NCBI GenBank assembly: GCA_016720635.1
Contig: JADKKF010000014.1
Coordinates: forward strand, 20,988-84,987
Source of the DNA: Saprospiraceae bacterium
Lineage (GTDB): Bacteria; Bacteroidota; Bacteroidia; Chitinophagales; Saprospiraceae
Length of the DNA: 64,000 nucleotides
Direction: 5' to 3'
A model generated the notes under the pieces. That model was not told where the DNA came from. It did no database searches and worked only from the letters and a program-made list of their open reading frames with translations. Numbering within the stretch: the first letter of the stretch is position 1; each line of letters begins with the position of its first letter. Below, piece by piece: positions 20,849 to 29,072 of this stretch. The position numbers and the translations under genes are program-made.

Positions 20849-22231
20849 ATGATCTCCTTTATATTAAATAATAAAATAATCCATACGCTAACCAATCCAG
20901 CGACACCGCTTTTGGATTTTATTAGATATGAATCCAATCTCAAAGGTACAAAAATTGGTTGTAGAGAAGGAGATTGTGGGGCATGTACCATCTTGGTAGG
21001 TGAAATAATCAACGACAAATTATCTTATCGCAGCGTGACTTCTTGCTTGTTTCCCCTCGCCAATGCCGTAGGAAAGCATATTGTTACCATTGAAGGTATT
21101 AATAGAGAAGGAGCCTTAAACCCAATACAGGAAGCCATGTCAAATCAAAATGCCACTCAGTGTGGGTTTTGCACAGTCGGCTTTGTTATGTCGTTGACGG
21201 GTTATGCATTGAATAAAAAAGGGCATGAAAAGGAAGAAGCTATCGCCTCGATTGACGGGAATATATGCCGTTGTACTGGTTATAAATCCATAGAAAAGGC
21301 AGCTGGAGACATTGTGAATCATTGCAATGCTTTTGCTGAAGGAAGTAAAATAGAAAGGGCCATTGCTTGTGGAGCAGTACCTGCGTATTTCCAAGGGATA
21401 GAAGATACATTAAAGGAATTGACAAACACTAAGGAGGATATCGAGGCTAATGGCTGGACGATAGGAGGGGGAACGGATTTGTATGTTCAAAAGCACGATG
21501 AATTATTGGATGTCAAGAACGAATTTATCTCACAGCAATTGGTCCATGAACCGATCAAAATTACAGATAGTGGCATTGAATTGGATGGACGTTGTACTGT
21601 AACTCAGTTCGTAAACGAGCCGTTGATAATGGAGCATTTTCCTTGCGTTAAAGGATTAGGGGTGTTGGTGTCGAGCACGCCAATACGAAACATGGCGACT
21701 TTGGCAGGAAATTTGGTTAATGCTTCGCCCATTGGCGATATGTCGATTCTATTTTTAGCTTTAAACGCCTCAATAGAATTAACGAGTGCACAAGGAATTC
21801 GTAGCGTCTCTTTAAGTCAGTTTTATCAAGGATATAAAAAGTTAGACAAAACCAAAGAGGAAATACTGACCAAAATACTAATCCCAAAGCGCGCAACCCT
21901 AGGCAGCGTCAATTTTGAGAAAGTGAGTAAAAGAACATGGTTGGATATCGCCAGTGTCAATAGCGCTTTTTGGATAGAACTCGATGGGAATAATATCAAG
22001 GAAGCTAGAATATCAGCGGGTGGGGTAGGGCCGACTCCTGCGATTTTAACACAAACATCTACATTTTTAAAAGGAAAAAACATAAGCAGCCAAACGATTT
22101 CTGAGGCATGTGAAATGGCTCAAAACGAAGTAAGCCCCATCAGCGACGCACGGGGAACTGTTGAATACAAAAAATTATTACTGAGCCAATTGATCAAAGC
22201 CCATTTCCTCGAATTATTTGGTATTGTTTAG
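20849..22231 (+). CDS. xanthine-dehydrogenase-small-subunit-like protein (two [2Fe-2S] sites plus FAD-binding and CO-dehydrogenase flavoprotein C-terminal domains)
   Basis: CREGDCGACT, QCGFCTVGF and CRCTGY cluster motifs. FAD_binding_5-like GGGTDLYVQ. C-terminal ARGTVEYKKLL. Confidence 0.8.
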   Translation: MISFILNNKIIHTLTNPATPLLDFIRYESNLKGTKIGCREGDCGACTILVGEIINDKLSYRSVTSCLFPLANAVGKHIVTIEGINREGALNPIQEAMSNQNATQCGFCTVGFVMSLTGYALNKKGHEKEEAIASIDGNICRCTGYKSIEKAAGDIVNHCNAFAEGSKIERAIACGAVPAYFQGIEDTLKELTNTKEDIEANGWTIGGGTDLYVQKHDELLDVKNEFISQQLVHEPIKITDSGIELDGRCTVTQFVNEPLIMEHFPCVKGLGVLVSSTPIRNMATLAGNLVNASPIGDMSILFLALNASIELTSAQGIRSVSLSQFYQGYKKLDKTKEEILTKILIPKRATLGSVNFEKVSKRTWLDIASVNSAFWIELDGNNIKEARISAGGVGPTPAILTQTSTFLKGKNISSQTISEACEMAQNEVSPISDARGTVEYKKLLLSQLIKAHFLELFGIV

Positions 22232-22414
22232 CTCAGGGTTATTTTCTCATTTCTTGAAATATTGGATTGCCGCACTTAGGTTCTATGAAGTCGGCTTCCT
22301 CTAATTTCGTACCAATATTCAAATAGTAAAAAAATTCAATAGAATTGCCTCTAGCCCCGCTTAGGTAATAACATGTCAGAAGTACAGGCTTTTGTGGGTA
22401 TTTGTACTAGGGCC

Positions 22415-23089
22415 TCAAAATAATAACGATTTTAACTTTTCGTAATAACCAAAGTATAGTATTGTAAGTGATGTCAAATTTACGAAACCGTGAGTAAGTA
22501 TGGAATACCATAGATTTTTGTTAAATGATAAAAATATTATTCCAAAAATAAGACCTATTATTCCAGTACTTATGGCACCGCTTAATCCCTGATACAGATG
22601 ACAAAGTCCAAATAAAATGGAAGTAATAAACAAAGAAATTAAATCGCTAAATTTATTCACTTTAATAAATTTAGATATTCTCGTAATTAAAAATCCACGA
22701 AATAATATTTCTTCTAATAAGCCTCCAAGCACAAAACCAATAATTATCCATACTAAATATTCTCCTATACTACTCATTTTTACTTTAGTTAAATCAATAG
22801 TTGAATGAGTCAATTTTTCTATCATTGGATTTACTAAAATTTCCATAGCCAATTCAATTGCTATTCCCATAAATGCAGATAGAATTATTAGAATTGCCGT
22901 GTTTTTAGGTTGCTTCAGTCCAATTGACTGTCGGAGTTCATTTCTATTTTTGCTACGCCTTAAATATACAATAACTAATATAAAGGAAAGAATTACTCCA
23001 TATTGTGGTATTGACAATATAGATATTACAGACAGAATTGTAATTATTAATTCTAATCTTTCTGGTGGTAATTTTTTTATGAACAACAT
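22415..23089 (-). CDS. CPBP-family (CAAX / Abi) intramembrane glutamic protease
   Basis: EEILFRGF, CHLYQ and HGFVN motifs in a multi-pass membrane protein. Confidence 0.8.
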   Translation of the reverse strand: MLFIKKLPPERLELIITILSVISILSIPQYGVILSFILVIVYLRRSKNRNELRQSIGLKQPKNTAILIILSAFMGIAIELAMEILVNPMIEKLTHSTIDLTKVKMSSIGEYLVWIIIGFVLGGLLEEILFRGFLITRISKFIKVNKFSDLISLFITSILFGLCHLYQGLSGAISTGIIGLIFGIIFLSFNKNLWYSILTHGFVNLTSLTILYFGYYEKLKSLLF

Positions 23090-23141
23090 AATTTTAAAAG
23101 TTTAATTCTTCTCCAAGCTTGTTGCCAATTTTTTATTATCC

Positions 23142-24878
23142 CTATTCTACCTCACATTCGATATCGTCGCAGTGATAATGCCTTTTAACAGGGGCCTTAG
23201 CCGCTTGTGTTGCCTGCCCACCTTGTTTTTCTTTTATCATTTTTTGGATAATGCGATTTCGCTCAGTCGCGATGGCTTCATTCTGAATTTTTTCCTCGGC
23301 CTGATCATAATACAAAATGCCATCGACCCATGTTTTTTCAGCTCTGGCATATATGGACAATGGATTGGCTGACCATAGCACTATGTCTGCATCTTTGCCA
23401 ACCTTTAGACTGCCCATCCGATGGTCTAATTGCAGTAGTTTGGCAGGATTGAGAGTCACCATCTTCCAAGCGTCCTCTTCGCTCATCCCCGTGTACATAA
23501 TGGATTTCGCGGCCTCTTGATTAAGCCTTCTGGCCATTTCAGCATCATCTGAATTAATCGCTGTTACGACCTTTTCTTTGGATAAGATGCCCGCATTGTG
23601 AGGAATGGCTTCTGCGACTTCAAATTTATACATCCACCAGTCCGCGAAAGAGGCCGCACCAACTCCATGCGCCGCCATTTTATCAGCGACTTTATATCCT
23701 TCGAGGATATGGGTGAAAGTATTCACCTTAAAATTAAATTTCTCGGCAACTTTCATCAACATATTAATCTCAGATTGTACATATGAATGGCATGTAATGA
23801 ATCGTTTTTTTTGTAAAATTTCTAAACCAGCTTCAAGGTCTAAATCCCTTCTTTGTGTTGGATTGGACTTTAGGTTTTGTCCATATTCCGTAGCTCTAGT
23901 AAAGTAATCCATATACCACTGTTCGACTCCCATACGGGTTTGAGGGAATCTAGTGACGGCGTTATCACCCCAATTGGATTGCTTGACATTTTCGCCAAGA
24001 GCGAACTTTATATAGGGCTTGGCGCCTTCGATTTTCATTTCTTCGGGCAATACGCCCCATCTTAATTTGATGATGGCTGACTGACCTCCTACTGGATTGG
24101 CCGATCCATGCAATAACTGGGCGGCAGTTACACCTCCTGCAAGTTGTCGATAAATGTTTACATCATCTGAATTGAGGACATCTCCTATTCGCACCTCGGC
24201 ACTGCTAGACTGGGTTCCTTCGTTTACCCCTCTTGAGATCGCAATATGAGAGTGTTCATCTATAATGCCCGAGGACAAGTGTTTACCTTTAGCGTCAATA
24301 ACCAAAGCATTGGGAGCATTCAGGGCCTTGCCAATTGCGGATATTTTGCCATTTTCTATCAATAAATCAGATTCTTGGAGTATGCCTTGAGATTCATTGG
24401 TCCATAAAGTGGCATTTTTTACTAGAAAAACACCTTGTTTAGGCTTTTCACTCCAGCCATAGGCTCCATATGGAAAGGTCATTTTAGGTGAAACTAAGCT
24501 ATCTTTTGCTGCGTTTTTCTTGATATCATGGGTTAAAAGGGAATCAATTTTATTACTCAATGTGGCATTCCATGATACCCAATTGCCCTTGGGGTCATAA
24601 CCAAAGCCTTGATATCCATTTACTGTCGGTTTGCCTGAAAGTCTATACGTTTGATCGCTGTCCTTAGCGATTGGGATGGTCAATTGAACGTCATTTTTGT
24701 CGAGTTTTATTTTGCCTTTCCACTCTATCGTATCAAGTTTTAAAATTAATTCAGGGGTATTGTTTTTAGATTTGATCAAACATTTGAATGATTGATTTCC
24801 CGCGGTCAATAAATACGCTCCAGTAGCTTGTAATTCGACATCTTTAACCTGATGGGTATATTGTTTATTTCGAGCCAA
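23142..24878 (-). CDS. amidohydrolase-superfamily protein (metal-dependent hydrolase fold)
   Basis: GIIDEHSHIAI (HxH), a later HGSANP, and C-terminal GSLKVGKDADIVLW. The start in the track is a TTG, and there is no signal peptide. It overlaps the upstream amidohydrolase ORF by 73 nt. Confidence 0.7.
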   Translation of the reverse strand: MARNKQYTHQVKDVELQATGAYLLTAGNQSFKCLIKSKNNTPELILKLDTIEWKGKIKLDKNDVQLTIPIAKDSDQTYRLSGKPTVNGYQGFGYDPKGNWVSWNATLSNKIDSLLTHDIKKNAAKDSLVSPKMTFPYGAYGWSEKPKQGVFLVKNATLWTNESQGILQESDLLIENGKISAIGKALNAPNALVIDAKGKHLSSGIIDEHSHIAISRGVNEGTQSSSAEVRIGDVLNSDDVNIYRQLAGGVTAAQLLHGSANPVGGQSAIIKLRWGVLPEEMKIEGAKPYIKFALGENVKQSNWGDNAVTRFPQTRMGVEQWYMDYFTRATEYGQNLKSNPTQRRDLDLEAGLEILQKKRFITCHSYVQSEINMLMKVAEKFNFKVNTFTHILEGYKVADKMAAHGVGAASFADWWMYKFEVAEAIPHNAGILSKEKVVTAINSDDAEMARRLNQEAAKSIMYTGMSEEDAWKMVTLNPAKLLQLDHRMGSLKVGKDADIVLWSANPLSIYARAEKTWVDGILYYDQAEEKIQNEAIATERNRIIQKMIKEKQGGQATQAAKAPVKRHYHCDDIECEVE

Positions 24879-26146
24879 ACTTCCATTACTTTTGCTTTTT
24901 CATCAAAGATGTTTTGGTTAGAAATAAAAAAGTGGGCCAATTTTCCTACCTCAAGGCTTCCTAATTGGTCATAAACGCCAATCATTTTTGCAGGAATCTC
25001 GGTTAGACTTTTCAAGGCTTGTTCTTCCGTTAATCCATATTTTATGGCTTTGCGCAATGCTGGCAAGAACATATTTTTTTCTTTAAGACCTTGACTTGTA
25101 AAGGCAAAATTTATCCCGTTCTTTGCTAAAATGGCTGGATTGAATGGGGCTGCCTCCCAATGTTTCATTTGGCCAAGAGTGACGATATTAGACTTGTATG
25201 GATCTTCTACATCATAGGCATCGGGGAATGCTATCGGTATGATCAATGCAGTATTGAGTTTTTTTATTTCCTCGACTCTCTGATATTCATCGCCATTGCC
25301 CTTGATGATATATTTTTTATTGAATTCCTTAGCGATTTTATCTATTCTAAAGATGTCAAATTTTTCAGATGCTTCAAAAAACAATGGTTTGTTTTGAATT
25401 TTATTCCAAGCATCCAAAGAAAGGTTGAATTCCTTTTTGAATCCTTCTTTTGCGTACCAATCTGCATCGAGGTAGGTCTGCCTCAACAGTGCTATGCTGC
25501 CCATGAGAGAATTTGGATAGTCCTGAGTGGAACTTCCCTTTCTGAATGAATGAAAGACACCTGCTTGATCTTTTATTACCAATAAATTTTCTTTGTCTAT
25601 GCCTAGAGATAATAGCACCCCAGTTCCACGCAAGATTCCGTCCATTCTATGACTGAGTACGTCCCCAAACCCAGCGGCTCTGAATTCTTGGGCTCCTTTC
25701 TCATCAGCAGAGATATTTTCAACTGCATTGTATTCTGGTTTCAATGCTTCATTCCAAGCAAACGGCCCCTTTTGAGAATTGTTGGTCTGTGCAGGTGATC
25801 CAAATGTTCTACCTGAAAAGCTTGTATTCAAGGATTTAGGAAGCGCATAATCTGCATATAAATCTATAAAGCAAGGATAAGCCACCTGGTTGGCATAATC
25901 CAATACAATGACATCTTTAGCCAAGCTAATATTTTGTCCAATCTGCAATATTTTTCCATCTTTTATGACGATGGTTGCCTTATCAAGGGTCTTTGAGCCT
26001 GTGTTGATTTTAAGATTGGTTAATGCAATGACAGCATTTCGGAAATCTTGAACTCCATTGGTGTAAAAAGTTGATTCTTGACCAAAAGAGAAAACCCCAA
26101 ACAATGCTATCAATGATAGCGTACAAAATATTTGATGTTTAACCAT
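24806..26146 (-). CDS. secreted amidohydrolase-like protein (degenerate metal site)
   Basis: Signal peptide LSLIALFGVFSFGQ. It has an amidohydrolase-type N- and C-terminal beta-sandwich (GSLEVGKLAHFFI), but FIDLYAD stands in place of the HxH motif. Confidence 0.65.
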   Translation of the reverse strand: MVKHQIFCTLSLIALFGVFSFGQESTFYTNGVQDFRNAVIALTNLKINTGSKTLDKATIVIKDGKILQIGQNISLAKDVIVLDYANQVAYPCFIDLYADYALPKSLNTSFSGRTFGSPAQTNNSQKGPFAWNEALKPEYNAVENISADEKGAQEFRAAGFGDVLSHRMDGILRGTGVLLSLGIDKENLLVIKDQAGVFHSFRKGSSTQDYPNSLMGSIALLRQTYLDADWYAKEGFKKEFNLSLDAWNKIQNKPLFFEASEKFDIFRIDKIAKEFNKKYIIKGNGDEYQRVEEIKKLNTALIIPIAFPDAYDVEDPYKSNIVTLGQMKHWEAAPFNPAILAKNGINFAFTSQGLKEKNMFLPALRKAIKYGLTEEQALKSLTEIPAKMIGVYDQLGSLEVGKLAHFFISNQNIFDEKAKVMEVWLEINNIPIRLKMSNYKLLERIY

Positions 26147-26251
26147 AAATAAAAATGATTAAGATGGTAAAAAATATTGATTAGGCGAAAAATAATCAAA
26201 ATGTACCACTTCCAGCCCAAAAAATGGTTGAAGAATTATCGAAAATCTAAA

Positions 26252-26896
26252 TTACTTGATTTTGCGCGTGTAATCAGCTGGCAATTTGTAAGCGGAAGGT
26301 ACATTCAAGATGAATTGCTTGGAGAATATTGTGTCTTGGAGCGGGAGGATATTGTATTCGTTGAGGTGGGAAATGGCATCAAATCGAGAAAGATTAAAAG
26401 TCTCGATGATTTGGATCAATTTTGCATCATAATAAGGGTCAGTAGCATATCCACACCTTTTTAATCCTTCGCACCAGCCTTTATAATTCTGAGAACCCAG
26501 ATCGAATAATGATTTATAATTGGGTGAAATCAAAAGAAAGTTAGAGTGATCTCGAAAAGAACTTTCCATGGAATCATATTGGCGAAAGCACGACTTAACC
26601 AGCTGACCTGACATGTCTTTATCGTCGTCCACTTTGTAATAAGTAGGACCAACCCAGTAATCTTTGCATTTTATACCAAAATAATTATTAGCCAAATAGG
26701 ATAAATCGCTTTGACCCCAGTTGGTTTCTAGGATACACTGAGCAAGGGTAACACTGGCAGGAATGCCGCTTTTGTGCATTTCTTGAACAGCCAAAACCCA
26801 TTTGTCAGCAACAAATTGTCTTTTAGTGTCGTCAGAGATGGCCGAATGATTCCAACCAAATAGAGGAAAAGAGTAAATGATTATCCAAAAATACAT
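26252..26896 (-). CDS. glucosaminidase-domain (FlgJ / LytD-type) peptidoglycan hydrolase
   Basis: IPASVTLAQCILETNWGQS ... NNYFGIKC is the mannosyl-glycoprotein endo-beta-N-acetylglucosaminidase core. The likely start is ATG 26896. Confidence 0.8.
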   Translation of the reverse strand: MYFWIIIYSFPLFGWNHSAISDDTKRQFVADKWVLAVQEMHKSGIPASVTLAQCILETNWGQSDLSYLANNYFGIKCKDYWVGPTYYKVDDDKDMSGQLVKSCFRQYDSMESSFRDHSNFLLISPNYKSLFDLGSQNYKGWCEGLKRCGYATDPYYDAKLIQIIETFNLSRFDAISHLNEYNILPLQDTIFSKQFILNVPSAYKLPADYTRKIK

Positions 26897-27062
26897 TTTA
26901 TCTAAAAGTTTAAGTCTTACGATGGACAAAAGTAAAGACTTTATTCTGTTTTACAAATTAATTTTAAATATTTTGTGAATAAGGAATAATCAAAATAAAA
27001 GTACAATAATTTGCGTTTATAAAATTTCTTTAAATATATTTTATTAAAATAAAAATATGTTA

Positions 27063-27070
27063 TAACTTTG
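27063..27070 (+). promoter_or_regulatory. candidate -7 box (TAACTTTG) upstream of the DksA/TraR-like gene
   Basis: It matches TAnnTTTG and is followed by CA, as at other candidate promoters in this window. It lies 41 nt before ATG 27111. Confidence 0.35.
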
Positions 27071-27110
27071 CACCCCGAAAAGAATTTAAAGACATTAATG
27101 TAATTTGATC

Positions 27111-27482
27111 ATGGTAAATAAAGAGGTAAAAACAAGATATACCGATGAAGAATTGGAGGAATTCAATATTCTTATTACAGAAAAGCTCCGAAAAGCAAAA
27201 GAACAACTTTCGTTTTACATGTCTCAGCTTAACGATATTCATGACAATCCCGACTCCAAAATCAAAGGATTAGATGATGGAATTTTTACTGCTGAAAGCG
27301 AAAGGATAACTAATATGGCTTCTAGGCAAAAGAAATTAATCCAGCACCTCGAAAATGCTTTAATTCGTATCAAAAATAAAGTGTACGGTGTGTGCCGTGA
27401 AACTGGAAAATTAATATCTAAGGAAAGATTGAGAGCTGTTCCTCATGCAACTTTAAGCATCGAAGCAAAACAAAAGAATTAA
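27111..27482 (+). CDS. DksA/TraR-family zinc-finger-like protein
   Basis: A coiled-coil N-terminus is followed by YGVCRETGKLISKERLRAVPHATLSIEAK. Its position directly upstream of lspA is a common arrangement. Confidence 0.7.
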   Translation: MVNKEVKTRYTDEELEEFNILITEKLRKAKEQLSFYMSQLNDIHDNPDSKIKGLDDGIFTAESERITNMASRQKKLIQHLENALIRIKNKVYGVCRETGKLISKERLRAVPHATLSIEAKQKN

Positions 27483-27553
27483 AAAAACATTTTACTCTAA
27501 GAGAAAATTCTTTTTTATAATACGAAGCGTCACTGCTTTTAATCTGGATAATA

Positions 27554-28240
27554 TTGAAAAAAAGTACCATTATCATTTGCATCATTTTGGCCCTGATTGT
27601 TGTGGATCAATGTCTAAAAATTTGGGTCAAAACTTCGATGTATTATGGTCAAGAGATACCCATCCTGGGTCAATCGTGGGCATACCTGCATTTTGTAGAA
27701 AATAATGGCATGGCATTTGGCCTAAGTATCGGCGGAGAGTGGGGGAAGTTGATGTTATCAATATTTAGGATAGTTGCGGTCTTTGGGCTGATATGGCTGA
27801 TAAAGTTTCTAATCAAACAAGGAGCGCCGTTGAGTTTGTTGGTTTGTTTCGCTATGATCATCGCAGGAGCTATAGGCAATATCATCGACAGTCTTTTCTA
27901 TGGAATGATATTCTCAGAGTCACCCTATCACGGCGGGGAGTTGGCCACGATGTTTCCAGCAGAGGGGGGATATAGCCGATTCTTATTTGGAAAGGTAGTA
28001 GATATGTTTTATTTTCCAATCATTGACACAGAAATGCCCAGTTGGATACCGTATTTTGGTGGCAGTCAATTTCAGTTTTTCAAGCCCGTTTTTAATCTGG
28101 CAGACTCTTCGATATGTGTAGGGGTATTTTCCTTGTTTATTTTCCATAAGAATTTTTTCAATTCGACTTTGGAAGAAAAGGAAGAGGAGGCCGAGATGCA
28201 AAGTGAATCTCCTAAAGAATTGGAGGAAAATCCCAATTGA
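27554..28240 (+). CDS. lspA: lipoprotein signal peptidase (signal peptidase II)
   Basis: Four TM segments. Conserved blocks are NNGMAFG, VVDMFYF and FNLADSSICVG. It has a TTG start and an acidic C-terminal tail. Confidence 0.9.
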   Translation: MKKSTIIICIILALIVVDQCLKIWVKTSMYYGQEIPILGQSWAYLHFVENNGMAFGLSIGGEWGKLMLSIFRIVAVFGLIWLIKFLIKQGAPLSLLVCFAMIIAGAIGNIIDSLFYGMIFSESPYHGGELATMFPAEGGYSRFLFGKVVDMFYFPIIDTEMPSWIPYFGGSQFQFFKPVFNLADSSICVGVFSLFIFHKNFFNSTLEEKEEEAEMQSESPKELEENPN

Positions 28241-28248
28241 GCCTCTCA

Positions 28249-28364
28249 GTGCGCGAGGGGGTGAAGTGATCGACCCTTGGTCGAGTCTCAAAGAGACCAA
28301 AACGAAGTGGCGTCACGTAAGACCCGGTCTGATCTCGGCGATGAGACGAGAGCATGACGCGCCC
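28249..28364 (-). repeat. GC-rich structured intergenic element, copy B (reads GGGCGCGTC ... CTCGCGCAC on the minus strand)
   Basis: It begins 9 nt after the lspA stop. Hairpins are CGACC(28271-75)/GGTCG(28279-83), GTCTC(28285-89)/GAGAC(28293-97) and TCTCG(28333-37)/CGAGA(28347-51). By hand count, about two thirds of the first 50 nt are identical to copy A without gaps. Confidence 0.6.
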
Positions 28365-28467
28365 AAAACCTTCAAAAATTTTCATATAACAATCGAATTA
28401 ACCAAAAAAGGAATGTTACGAATAGGTTAATGGCGCATTTTATTTGCATATATGCGCATAAAATTGA

Positions 28468-28475
28468 TAATTTTG
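28468..28475 (+). promoter_or_regulatory. candidate -7 box (TAATTTTG) for the DUF1599 gene
   Basis: It matches TAnnTTTG and lies 20 nt before the GTG start at 28496. It is downstream of element B. Confidence 0.35.
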
Positions 28476-28495
28476 TGTCTTAAATGCCATATTAA

Positions 28496-29038
28496 GTGGG
28501 AAATACCCTAGAAGAATTCGATGCAGTTATAAAGAAATGCCGCTCCCTTTTGGTTCAAAAACACAAGGATTATGGCGATGCGTGGCGTATCATGAGGCTG
28601 CCTTCGATTACGGATCAGATCATGATAAAGGCTTTTAGGATTAGGTCGGTGGAGATGAAAGGCACGAATACGGTGGGGGAATCGATCGAAAATGAGTTCG
28701 TCGGGATCATCAATTATAGTCTGATGGCGCTCATGCAGCACGAATCTGAAACGACTGAAGGAGAGGGGGCTTGGTCTGAGACGATGCTGCTCGAAAACTA
28801 CAACCAAGCTCAGCTGTCTTGTAGGTCACTATTGGCGGATAAGAACGACGACTACGCGGAGATTTGGAGGGCGATGCGTGTATCTTCGATGACGGATATG
28901 ATCATCATGAAGTTGAAACGTATCAAACAATTGGAGGATAAGCAAGGGAAGACTCTGGTATCAGAGGGTGTAGATGCTGGATATAGAGATATAGTGAATT
29001 ATTCTGTTTTTGCTTTGATTCTTCTGGGATACGTATAA
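28496..29038 (+). CDS. DUF1599-domain protein (two tandem DUF1599 repeats)
   Basis: Internal duplication: KHKDYGDAWRIMRLPSITDQIMIKAFRIRSVE and KNDDYAEIWRAMRVSSMTDMIIMKLKRIKQLE. Confidence 0.7.
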   Translation: MGNTLEEFDAVIKKCRSLLVQKHKDYGDAWRIMRLPSITDQIMIKAFRIRSVEMKGTNTVGESIENEFVGIINYSLMALMQHESETTEGEGAWSETMLLENYNQAQLSCRSLLADKNDDYAEIWRAMRVSSMTDMIIMKLKRIKQLEDKQGKTLVSEGVDAGYRDIVNYSVFALILLGYV

Positions 29039-29072
29039 AAAAATGATTTAAAACAACAAAGATTTTGTAATT

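Noticed and set aside
28241-28495. I considered element B as a riboswitch or leader for the DUF1599 gene.
   Set aside because: I could not match it to any riboswitch core I know (no B12 box; no ZTP, THF, fluoride or SAM signatures). A candidate promoter lies downstream of it. Related copies sit next to functionally unrelated genes.
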